This document shows, one piece after another, positions 50,039 through 58,667 of a stretch of DNA of 59,057 nt (within the stretch, counting starts at the first letter, position 1; every line of letters starts with the position of its first letter). The DNA comes from a virus. Lineage: Duplodnaviria > Caudoviricetes. The translations under genes and the position numbers were made by a program. The stretch lies in IMG/VR virus record IMGVR_UViG_3300013005_000043, positions 1 through 59,057 of that record. One strand, 5' to 3'. Below the pieces are notes generated by a model that saw nothing but the letters and a program-made list of their open reading frames with translations, made no database searches and was not told where the DNA came from.

Positions 50039-50539
50039 ATGAAAAATATTTTAGCAGAAAACATGTTGCGATTTGGAACAAAAAATATTTCCGAAGCAGA
50101 TATACGAACAAAATTAACAGAAGCGGCATACACAATAATTCCAGTAACCATAGACATCCCGGCACAAAAAAATGAACAAGGTGTTTTAGTAGCTATTCCA
50201 AATGCTTTATTAAAATTTCAAATCATCAACACAAAGGGAACGGAGGGAAGTATGACTGACGGCTTTGAGTCAATTTCGCAAATTCATTGGCCTAACGGTA
50301 GTGCAAAAGTAAGCGGCAAACCGACTAAAGATGGTAATGGAAGTATTGTTGGAAGTTTTGCAACAGATGCTGCCGGATTAAAGACATTAACATCATTCGT
50401 TGGAAAAAAAGATATGACCGGTACTTTAGGTATGAAAGTAACAATACAGCCACAAAATGAACTTGTTCCTGCACCAGCTACGGTTAGATTCAAAGAGCGA
50501 CAACAAACCGTAACGCCAACACCCGTAAAGAAAGATTAA
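50039..50539 (+). CDS. Probable head-packaged protein with LAENMLRFG leader
   Basis: 166 aa, MKNILAENMLRFGTKNISE...LTE leader shared with 51168-52523, SD AAGGA. Confidence 0.7.
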   Translation: MKNILAENMLRFGTKNISEADIRTKLTEAAYTIIPVTIDIPAQKNEQGVLVAIPNALLKFQIINTKGTEGSMTDGFESISQIHWPNGSAKVSGKPTKDGNGSIVGSFATDAAGLKTLTSFVGKKDMTGTLGMKVTIQPQNELVPAPATVRFKERQQTVTPTPVKKD

Positions 50540-50556
50540 AATTATTCACAATAAGT

Positions 50557-50580
50557 AATGGGGGCATTGCCCCCATTTTT
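50557..50580. terminator. Bidirectional terminator between convergent genes
   Basis: AATGGGGGC-ATT-GCCCCCATT followed by TTTACT. Confidence 0.85.
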
Positions 50581-50593
50581 ACTAGTTGTTAAA

Positions 50594-51022
50594 TTATAAT
50601 TTAGTAGATGTAATTGTAAATTTTGTTGGTAATGTTACAATTCGTTCCATTTCATAACCATAGCCATACACAAATATATTTCGATTAACATCGACAACAA
50701 TTTCGGTATCATCGGCTGCATCATCTAATTTAATAACAATCTGACTGCTATCTTGCAATATATCAACAATTGCAGCACTTCCAACTACTGTATCTTGAAA
50801 ATATACTTCGCATATACCTTTATCAAAATCAATTACATAATGACAGTCCGTAGTTTCATATGAAACGGAATCTGGTTTTAAAATGGCTTCATTGTTAGAC
50901 ACATCAGAATATTTATAATATTGAATAAATTCTATAATGTGTACATCTACACATTTAGGTAATTCGGATTGTGCAACAACTACATTAGAAATCAATACAA
51001 ATGCAAACAATAACTTTTTCAT
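50594..51022 (-). CDS. Exported (periplasmic) beta-rich protein
   Basis: Signal peptide MKKLLFAFVLISNVVVA|Q, acidic mature domain. Confidence 0.75.
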   Translation of the reverse strand: MKKLLFAFVLISNVVVAQSELPKCVDVHIIEFIQYYKYSDVSNNEAILKPDSVSYETTDCHYVIDFDKGICEVYFQDTVVGSAAIVDILQDSSQIVIKLDDAADDTEIVVDVNRNIFVYGYGYEMERIVTLPTKFTITSTKL

Positions 51023-51057
51023 GGCTCTTAATTTTTTAACTGGTTAATTATATTACA

Positions 51058-51117
51058 ATAATATAAAAATAAATTTATAAATCCAAATTATGTTATTTTT
51101 TTTTAAATGATATTTAT
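51058..51117. promoter_or_regulatory. Divergent promoter pair, second copy
   Basis: ATCCAAATTATGTTATTTTTTTTT nearly repeats 49981-50004. ATATTTAT at 51110-51117. Confidence 0.6.
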
Positions 51118-51167
51118 TATTGTTAACAAGAACATATATATATAAAACCTATAAAGGAAACAAAAAC

Positions 51168-52523
51168 ATGAATTTAGAACGATTATTGGCCGAAAACATC
51201 GTTCGGTTTGGAACAAGAAATTTAACTGAAAATCAAATAAAACGACTACTTAAAGAACAAATGTCGGTTAGTGGTACTCCTCCAACTTCACCAGTTCCAA
51301 TAGTTAACCAATTTGTTAATGCTTCATCAAATTGGGGACCACAATTTACAGCAACATATAATACAGTTAAAGCATTTCTTACTAGAAACCAAGTTCCGTT
51401 TGCCGTAGGCATCGATTTAGCAGCAGCATGGTTAACGGTAGCTAGATATCTAGAAGGACTTGATAAATCAAAATTTAAAGCTGCATTTAAATCAATGCAA
51501 TCATTTGTACAATTTATTGAAAATTTAGGTCCATTAGATGGTAATGCATTTACAGCTGTAGAAATCCAATTGAATGAATCTACAAATGAAAAAGGAAAAG
51601 TATTAACTTCAGGAGTTATAACAAAAACAAGCGTTACTGGAAATCAACCAGGCGAATCATCTGACATCAATGACATTGTACAATTTTGTAATGATTATAA
51701 TTTGCAAATTACTGCTAAAAGCATAACAGATTCCGGCATTAATATTGACGGTACAATAGCAATTGACCCATATACACCAGGCGGCGGATATTCAATTGCA
51801 TCTGGAGCAAAAGGTGAAATCAAAGGTGGAACTTTCGTACAAGGTATGCCTGGACGCGTTGCTGGTGCTGGTAGCTTAAATTTAGTGAACGATGGAGGAT
51901 ATTTTTATATTTATTCATTAACAAAATATACAGCTGCATCAGCCGGAAGCGCTGGGAAGCAAATAACAACGATTACAGTAACTCCAGGTCCTGTAGTTCC
52001 AATTGATGCTACTGATGCATTTGAAAAATTAAAAATTCAGTTATCTCAAGCCGGCACAGAAGATATTAAAACAGCATTAACTGGATTACAATCGATTGGT
52101 AAAATAACAAATATACGGATTGAGTCAGCTGCATCATATGATGAAGAGGTAACATTAAATAATGCTGAGTTTGCTAAAAAGGTAGGATTACAACCAAATC
52201 AAGTTCCAGCAGACCCAACAAAGGATGCACAAGGAGTTGTAAAAGATCCAATGTCAGGAGGTAATGCATTTTTAGCATATATGCGAGGCGAAGCATTGAA
52301 AAATTTAGTAACGCAACTAATTCCGGGAATAACACCTACAGTAACCGCTGAAGTTAAAATTGGCGGCGCTAAAGCTAGATATGCAAAAGTTTTTGTAACG
52401 GTTCAAAAACCAGATGGGTCAACGGAAGTTACAACAGATGATCTTAAGACTATTGGTGTTGGAAGTAAAACTGTTAGCGGTGCAGGAACATTTAAAATTT
52501 ATAAATACGAAGCAACCTTTTAA
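51168..52523 (+). CDS. Probable head-packaged protein with C-terminal OmpA-like domain
   Basis: Start reassigned to MNLERLLAENIVRFGTRNLTE (SD AAGGA). IRIESAAS...NAFLAYMRGEALKNLV resembles the OmpA/MotB C-terminal pattern. Confidence 0.6.
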   Translation: MNLERLLAENIVRFGTRNLTENQIKRLLKEQMSVSGTPPTSPVPIVNQFVNASSNWGPQFTATYNTVKAFLTRNQVPFAVGIDLAAAWLTVARYLEGLDKSKFKAAFKSMQSFVQFIENLGPLDGNAFTAVEIQLNESTNEKGKVLTSGVITKTSVTGNQPGESSDINDIVQFCNDYNLQITAKSITDSGINIDGTIAIDPYTPGGGYSIASGAKGEIKGGTFVQGMPGRVAGAGSLNLVNDGGYFYIYSLTKYTAASAGSAGKQITTITVTPGPVVPIDATDAFEKLKIQLSQAGTEDIKTALTGLQSIGKITNIRIESAASYDEEVTLNNAEFAKKVGLQPNQVPADPTKDAQGVVKDPMSGGNAFLAYMRGEALKNLVTQLIPGITPTVTAEVKIGGAKARYAKVFVTVQKPDGSTEVTTDDLKTIGVGSKTVSGAGTFKIYKYEATF

Positions 52524-52540
52524 CATAAAATTTATTAAGT

Positions 52541-52568
52541 AATAGGGTGAAGAAATTCACCCTATTTT
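52541..52568. terminator. Bidirectional terminator between convergent genes
   Basis: AATAGGGTGAA-GAAA-TTCACCCTATT followed by TTACT. Confidence 0.85.
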
Positions 52569-52569
52569 A

Positions 52570-53145
52570 CTATCCTTTATATGGAGTTTCTAAATATTTA
52601 TACGGATCTTTATAAAATCCCAATTGAAAAATACAATATACGTTTTTATAAGTCCCATAGTCTAAAACATTAACTGATATAGCACCAAATTTATTCAGAA
52701 TTATATTTAAATTAACACCAGACACTTCAATCTTATAATTAGTAGATGCCACAGATATAATTGGAGCTTTTAATGTTTTATGATGCCATTCCGAATGTTT
52801 CCATTGTTGAATACACGAATCAACAATCATTTCATATAAAGCTGGAGTAAGTTCTTGACGGATACCACAAACGCCTACGATTAATTCAGTACCTGGCATA
52901 ATATTAGTCCTATGACCCCACATACCATTAATACATAAATAATCATTTTGTTTTTTTGCCGAAACATAATAATTTTCTTCCCATATAAACGCCGATTCTC
53001 CCAATGATTTCCGGTATTCATTAACTTTTAAAAATAATTGTTTAGATAAACATTTATCTTCATAATATGATTGAGGTTTTCCTACAAAAATTTGAGCTGA
53101 TACGGAAAATGACACAAAACCTAAAATAACCAATAAACGTTTCAT
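52570..53145 (-). CDS. Exported CAP/SCP-domain protein
   Basis: Signal peptide MKRLLVILGFVSFSVSA|Q. LFLKVNEYRKSLG...H...QWKHSEWHHKTL matches the CAP pattern NxxR...WxxSxxH. Confidence 0.75.
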   Translation of the reverse strand: MKRLLVILGFVSFSVSAQIFVGKPQSYYEDKCLSKQLFLKVNEYRKSLGESAFIWEENYYVSAKKQNDYLCINGMWGHRTNIMPGTELIVGVCGIRQELTPALYEMIVDSCIQQWKHSEWHHKTLKAPIISVASTNYKIEVSGVNLNIILNKFGAISVNVLDYGTYKNVYCIFQLGFYKDPYKYLETPYKG

Positions 53146-53169
53146 AACTTTAATTTTTTAATTAAATTT

Positions 53170-53227
53170 ATAATATAAAATAACATCGTAAAATCCAACC
53201 TATTCTTTTAATTATGTTCATATTTAT
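53170..53227. promoter_or_regulatory. Divergent promoter pair, third copy
   Basis: TTGGAT-N17-TATTAT on the minus strand (53198-53170) and ATATTTAT on the plus strand at 53220-53227. Confidence 0.6.
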
Positions 53228-53231
53228 TAAT

Positions 53232-55427
53232 ATGATACGATCTATAACATATGACGAAGTATTGCGAGAAGCTTTTTTAGAAAAATTTGTAGAGCAAAAG
53301 CAATTACAACTCGAAGCTCCGAAATCAGATATTCCCCCTGCAGGAATGTATAAGTTACCAAATCAACCCAAAGGATCGTATTATGCAGTATATAAAAATA
53401 ACTGGTACTATTTTTTTCCGGAAAGAATTACGTATGCCGGAGGCGGAGATGTAGACGAACAATTGAGCCATAAAAAAGTAACAGATGCCGCAGAAATAAA
53501 AAAATTAAATCGTCGAGCAAAATGGTTTCGAAAATTTTCTGCATCGGAATTACAAGTCCTAGCAAAAATTACTCCAAAAGACAATACATTAACATATATT
53601 GATACAGATGGTGTTGAGACTGTCAGAAAAGTTTTAGTTACGCCTGAGATTGTAATCAGCCGAATGGATCCTAAAAAAGCCGCTCAACGAATTTATGATG
53701 CTAAGGGTATTATAGATAATGAATCTGAAGCATTGGCCGTAATATCAAATATTACCGACAGTCAAGAATATTGGAGAATCAACAAAGCATTCATGGATAA
53801 AGTTGATCCAAAAAAACGAACAATTGTTGAATATTTAAGATCATTTTTATCAACAGCAGATTTATGTAGAGCTGCTTGGCTATTAGAAGGCACATTAAGT
53901 AAAGGCGATTATTCCGTATTAAAACAATTGAATACGTACGGCGAAATAAAAAAGGTTGCAACATGGGTGTATCGCAATATGCCGAATTCCATAAAGAATC
54001 AATTAAATTTAAAAGAAAAACAACAATTTGATAAAGAATTGCCACAAATGGAAATGACATTTCCGGGCGGTGTAGGAATTCAAATGCCAGCATTTGGTGG
54101 TCCTGGACGGGGTACTGGTGCAGTAAATTTAAAAGCTGATTATTATGCAGGTTTAGCACAAAATTTAAAAGGGTGGCATCCGGATGCAGCGCGTATGGTT
54201 TGGAATTATTTGCATTCTCCAGCGCTGTATTTAAATGAATTCAAAAATGATTTAAAATCAGTAGACTTTCGAGATTTTATGGCTCAAGTAGGTAGCGTAG
54301 CAGGGCAAGCAACATATTGGACTTGGGAAGAGACGGTACAATATTTACGAGGACTTGCTTATTCTCCCGAAGGTATAATTGGTACTGTTGTGTTAGATGT
54401 GTTTCCACTTACAAAATGGATTCCTAAAGTAGTATTTGGTATTTTGTTAGCGGATGATATATACAAGATATCGACGGGTACTTCTAACGACGAAACCGTA
54501 ATGAACATGATATTCGATGCATTGGGCGTATTTCATACAGCCATAATAAGTGCAGTTGGTAAAGTTTTCCGTCCATTGTTGCGAGGTATTATTTCGATAA
54601 TTGGTCGTGGTTTTAAAATGACAGCGCCTGGTGTTAAATATTTAGTACAATTTATACAACGTGCTTCAAAATCTGTAATTGCAACTTTGGAAAGAATTGG
54701 CGGTGGTAAATTATTATCAACAATTGTACAAACGTTTAAAGAAGGATTAACATTAATTAAAAGCACAATAAAAGATATTCCATTTTTAAAAGGTGCAATT
54801 ACTTATTTAGATAAAGCACTTGCAACCATTGAATTGTATTGGATTGGTATGATTAAACCGTTTTTAGAGACATTGCAAAATGTTATAAAAACAGTAGCAC
54901 GATGGCCTGGTCAAACAGTTGAATACATCATGGGCAAATTAGGTTATGGTGCAGAGACGTTGCCAGCAAAAGCTGTTAAAGCTGGAGTTCATACAATACC
55001 CATTGCATATAGTATAGATTGGGCACTTCGAAGTTATGCTAAATGGAAATCTGAATATGATTTAAAACAATTAAGCGAAAAACAACAACGAGCTTTCTTA
55101 AAAGCAAATTCGGAACTATTACAAGAGCATGTTATTGGAGTTCCAAATGTTAAACGTTTAGAATCATGGAAATATGATGAAACTGCAGGAGAATTAAAAT
55201 CATTTGGCGTTTGGAATAACTATGAAGATCAAATGTCTGATGCATTTGGTAATATTATTCCAATGGAAATGGTATTATATGATACGTTAAAGATTGAAGG
55301 CGAATCTGCTACATATATAAAAGTTATGATGCCATTAGATCCAAATTTAAAAACTATTGAAGAAGTATATATAAAAAGATCAGAAATTGATCAAGTTAAC
55401 ACAAAACCATTAAAAGACATCAAATAA
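53232..55427 (+). CDS. Large probable virion-internal protein with hydrophobic helices
   Basis: Likely start MIRSITYDEVLRE after a late motif. Annexin-like segment and hydrophobic/amphipathic helical region. Confidence 0.65.
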   Translation: MIRSITYDEVLREAFLEKFVEQKQLQLEAPKSDIPPAGMYKLPNQPKGSYYAVYKNNWYYFFPERITYAGGGDVDEQLSHKKVTDAAEIKKLNRRAKWFRKFSASELQVLAKITPKDNTLTYIDTDGVETVRKVLVTPEIVISRMDPKKAAQRIYDAKGIIDNESEALAVISNITDSQEYWRINKAFMDKVDPKKRTIVEYLRSFLSTADLCRAAWLLEGTLSKGDYSVLKQLNTYGEIKKVATWVYRNMPNSIKNQLNLKEKQQFDKELPQMEMTFPGGVGIQMPAFGGPGRGTGAVNLKADYYAGLAQNLKGWHPDAARMVWNYLHSPALYLNEFKNDLKSVDFRDFMAQVGSVAGQATYWTWEETVQYLRGLAYSPEGIIGTVVLDVFPLTKWIPKVVFGILLADDIYKISTGTSNDETVMNMIFDALGVFHTAIISAVGKVFRPLLRGIISIIGRGFKMTAPGVKYLVQFIQRASKSVIATLERIGGGKLLSTIVQTFKEGLTLIKSTIKDIPFLKGAITYLDKALATIELYWIGMIKPFLETLQNVIKTVARWPGQTVEYIMGKLGYGAETLPAKAVKAGVHTIPIAYSIDWALRSYAKWKSEYDLKQLSEKQQRAFLKANSELLQEHVIGVPNVKRLESWKYDETAGELKSFGVWNNYEDQMSDAFGNIIPMEMVLYDTLKIEGESATYIKVMMPLDPNLKTIEEVYIKRSEIDQVNTKPLKDIK

Positions 55428-55437
55428 AGGAATATCA

Positions 55438-57051
55438 ATGAATTATCAAAAAAAATTAGATTCATTAATTGAACGAGCTTTATCAAATATTGTTCAAAAT
55501 AAAAAAATTATAATTAGCGAACAAGATCCACCTAGTAAAGGAGGATTTGTATTTACACCGGAGACGCCAGAAACTGTAACGACTACTAACGCTACGGGTA
55601 AAACTACAAAACCAAAAACTGTTAAGAAAGTAGTAAAAAAAGATGCAGAGAAACCAAAACCATCAACAACAAATGTAACAGATTCATCTACTACATGGCA
55701 GCCTCCGGCAAAAGATTCAACTGCTTACCAAAAAGCATTAGAACAAAAAGTTCAAAAATATTATGATAAAGATAATCCGGAACATGATGATGCATGGAAT
55801 GGTGTCATGGTATATGGTGCATTGATAGGTTTAGGTGCATTTTTACTTGGAAAAGGTTATGTTAAATATAAAGCCGTAACAGACCCAGAATGGGCACAAA
55901 CATCAGGATTCTATAGAAATATGTATGGTCAACCTTTTTGGCCTGGTTGGATTCGTTGGTTTGGCGGGCAACAATTAAGAGATATTCAAGATTTAAAAAA
56001 ATTCTTAAATTTAGAACGCGAACGAGGAAATATTACTTTAACAGAATATGATAATTTCATTCGCGCATTAAATAAATCCGATCGATATATTAAGCGAGCT
56101 AAGACTTTTAATCGAGAGCTAAAAGATGTTAAGGCTGGCGTAATGACCATGGAAGAACTTATAGAAAGATTGCCAAGAGCATATCAAGAAAATGAAGCAT
56201 TTACATCAGCTTTATTAAAATATGATGATGAAGTATTATCATATGGTAGACCTGGAGGAAGGAGAGTTGTTCGAGGAACAGCTGGCGAACTTACGGGCAC
56301 TGCACCAGGATATGCAGCCAAATATACCGATTTAATCAGATCATATGATGAAATGCGTTATATAGATTGGAATGAGTTTGTACAAACATATGGTGATAAA
56401 TATGGAGAACTCACTAATATATCGGCCTTACATAACGTTGGCCCCGGGCAATGGATAAGTTGGGTCGATTATGCTACACCAGATCAATTAAGAGAAATGA
56501 GAAAAGCAGCAAAGGCAGCAATAAAAGCTGGCGAGCCAATCCCGATAACAAAATATGGAATAGAAGATATGATGTTAAATGCAAGCGAAGGACAGTTTTT
56601 AGGTCCGGATGGAAGAATGGCTGGAGGGCCTGCAGTAACAAAGCCAGTTGTAACAATCAACATGCATGCATTTGCTAGTTCTACCATTCTTAGAAATTTA
56701 GAAACATCTGTTAAAAATAACGTACCTTGTATAGAATTTCATTTAAAGTTTCAAACGGCAGGAAAAGAAAATTTAAAAAAGTTTTTAATGAGTGATGAGA
56801 TGACAACAATTGCCGGAGAATCTTATTCTTCAGCTGAAGCAAATGCTATTATACGAAAACTTGACTCTGATGGATCGAACATTGTATTACCAAAAAAATA
56901 CACAGAGCCCGGCGCGACAATCCCGGATATGAACCAATGGACTGCTGACATGAAAGAAATAGGACTTCGACCAGTTTATAGAAATGATTCAAACAGAAAA
57001 CGACAAATTGCGTACGCAGAAATTTATAAAATATTAAGAAAGGGTCTTTAA
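55438..57051 (+). CDS. Probable virion-internal protein with one TM helix
   Basis: 537 aa, IISEQ leader end, T/K/P linker, TM VMVYGALIGLGAFLLG, SD AAGGA. Confidence 0.65.
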   Translation: MNYQKKLDSLIERALSNIVQNKKIIISEQDPPSKGGFVFTPETPETVTTTNATGKTTKPKTVKKVVKKDAEKPKPSTTNVTDSSTTWQPPAKDSTAYQKALEQKVQKYYDKDNPEHDDAWNGVMVYGALIGLGAFLLGKGYVKYKAVTDPEWAQTSGFYRNMYGQPFWPGWIRWFGGQQLRDIQDLKKFLNLERERGNITLTEYDNFIRALNKSDRYIKRAKTFNRELKDVKAGVMTMEELIERLPRAYQENEAFTSALLKYDDEVLSYGRPGGRRVVRGTAGELTGTAPGYAAKYTDLIRSYDEMRYIDWNEFVQTYGDKYGELTNISALHNVGPGQWISWVDYATPDQLREMRKAAKAAIKAGEPIPITKYGIEDMMLNASEGQFLGPDGRMAGGPAVTKPVVTINMHAFASSTILRNLETSVKNNVPCIEFHLKFQTAGKENLKKFLMSDEMTTIAGESYSSAEANAIIRKLDSDGSNIVLPKKYTEPGATIPDMNQWTADMKEIGLRPVYRNDSNRKRQIAYAEIYKILRKGL

Positions 57052-57053
57052 TT

Positions 57054-57611
57054 TTATTTTTTAATAAAACCGTTTAAGAAATCTCGCTGTCGTTGGATTG
57101 CGTCATCAAGTTCATGATTTTTTCGTTTTTTTGAAGTTGATGTAAGCAATCCAACATTGCTAGATTTAGAAGCATCTTTTGTTGTATGTTTAATTCTGGG
57201 TTCTTTAGGCTTTCTATTATTTTTTGAAGGTATGTCGTTGCTAGTTGTATGCTGGCTTGTGCTTTGTACTGTTGTCCTTCTGGGGTGTTCAAAAATTGGT
57301 GAATCCGATCCTGCAAATCCATTTCTGGCTCTCGTTTCGAGTTCTTCTTTGGTAAATGATTTTGTTTTATCGATATCAATGCATCCTGTGAAATATGCTG
57401 TCTTATAGCCTTTGGTTGTAACCCCACACGGATATTTTGTAGTGTTCGATTCAACCATATACTGAACTCCCCAGCCCACTTCTTTAGTATTAATAACATA
57501 ACCATATTTTTTTGTACCTAACCAAGTAAAGAATACCGGATCGCCTATTTTAAATTGAAGTTTGTTAAATTGTTTTTGTATATTATCTGGTATTGTTTGT
57601 TTTTTTGCCAT
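57054..57611 (-). CDS. Hypothetical protein (SH3/KOW-like N-terminus, basic tail)
   Basis: 185 aa, FKIGDPVFF...G.V pattern. Confidence 0.65.
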   Translation of the reverse strand: MAKKQTIPDNIQKQFNKLQFKIGDPVFFTWLGTKKYGYVINTKEVGWGVQYMVESNTTKYPCGVTTKGYKTAYFTGCIDIDKTKSFTKEELETRARNGFAGSDSPIFEHPRRTTVQSTSQHTTSNDIPSKNNRKPKEPRIKHTTKDASKSSNVGLLTSTSKKRKNHELDDAIQRQRDFLNGFIKK

Positions 57612-57617
57612 GTATTT

Positions 57618-58085
57618 TTAATTTAAACATAAGCCTGTAGAACAACTAATAATTCGAAATACGCGCATATATCTCGTAATCTTATCTCGTTTAAACATTT
57701 TTTCTGTTGCAGTGTCTCGAGTAATCATATAGCCGGATTCTATGAATTTAATTATTACTGCACGAACCGCGCGTAAACTATTTGATTCAATCATAATGCT
57801 TGTATCATCAATTGTAACATCTACATAATCAGTATTTTTTGATAGATCAGATACTTCAATTTCTTCTCGTTGAGCACTAATTAAATTGAGATCTTCAACT
57901 TCATTATATCGTTCTAAATTGTTTTGAACTGTATCGAAAAAATTAGAAAGATCTAAACCAGATGATTTAATACGAGCTGCATCATATGAATCAAATAAAA
58001 ATTCAAGTTTCTGTGTTTTAGCCAACGACTTGAAATATTCATATTCTGAATATGCAATTGTAATACTATCGAACATCGTTTTCAT
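57618..58085 (-). CDS. Hypothetical protein
   Basis: Likely start MKTMFD, with a short overlap with the upstream gene. Confidence 0.65.
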   Translation of the reverse strand: MKTMFDSITIAYSEYEYFKSLAKTQKLEFLFDSYDAARIKSSGLDLSNFFDTVQNNLERYNEVEDLNLISAQREEIEVSDLSKNTDYVDVTIDDTSIMIESNSLRAVRAVIIKFIESGYMITRDTATEKMFKRDKITRYMRVFRIISCSTGLCLN

Positions 58086-58260
58086 TTTGCAGCTCCGTTT
58101 CAGAAAGTTTAACATCAAATATCTTAATAAACTCAGTAACTGGTAAATCTTTGATTAGAGCAGCTGTTGTTTTAGCAGATTCTAAAGATTCAGCATATAT
58201 TCGCCCTATAGGCTCGGAACTAGTGTCAGATCTATAAAAATATACATACCATGTTTTCAT
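58066..58260 (-). CDS. Small hypothetical protein
   Basis: 64 aa in a tightly packed operon. Confidence 0.65.
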   Translation of the reverse strand: MKTWYVYFYRSDTSSEPIGRIYAESLESAKTTAALIKDLPVTEFIKIFDVKLSETELQNENDVR

Positions 58261-58272
58261 GATCTGCCTTTA

Positions 58273-58665
58273 TTATAAATATAATCCTAATTCATATTTT
58301 TTCATTGATACTTCTAAGGCGTCTGTCAATGTTTGTGCTAATTTTCCAATTTCATGTTTACGTAATGAAAATGTATATCCTTTAACATCCACGTAAAAAA
58401 CATCATCTTGTTTAGGACGTTGTGCATAAACGTTTTCAGATAATGTATTTATGTTTTTAGCAAGATTAATCAAATCTTTATAATTTAAAGAAAGTTTTTG
58501 ATTAAATATGCATAATTGTCCAACTGTACAAGCCATTGGATCGGTTTTAAAATTTTCAGCTGATATTTTAGATTCAACTTCAAAATCTAAATTAGCCCAA
58601 GTTTCGCCATATCGTTTAACATATTTTTCTGAAATAGCCCATGGCTGATTAATACTGTTTGTCAT
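58273..58665 (-). CDS. Hypothetical protein
   Basis: 130 aa in a tightly packed operon. Confidence 0.7.
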   Translation of the reverse strand: MTNSINQPWAISEKYVKRYGETWANLDFEVESKISAENFKTDPMACTVGQLCIFNQKLSLNYKDLINLAKNINTLSENVYAQRPKQDDVFYVDVKGYTFSLRKHEIGKLAQTLTDALEVSMKKYELGLYL

Positions 58666-58667
58666 TT

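Noticed and set aside
49956-50165. Hydrophobic 69-aa minus-strand ORF resembling a holin
   Set aside because: Antisense to the A-rich start of the 50039 gene and across promoters. The hydrophobicity is a compositional artefact.
2174-57505. Numerous short overlapping or antisense ORFs in the track
   Set aside because: They lie within longer genes with recognisable motifs, and have no start signals or convincing protein features.
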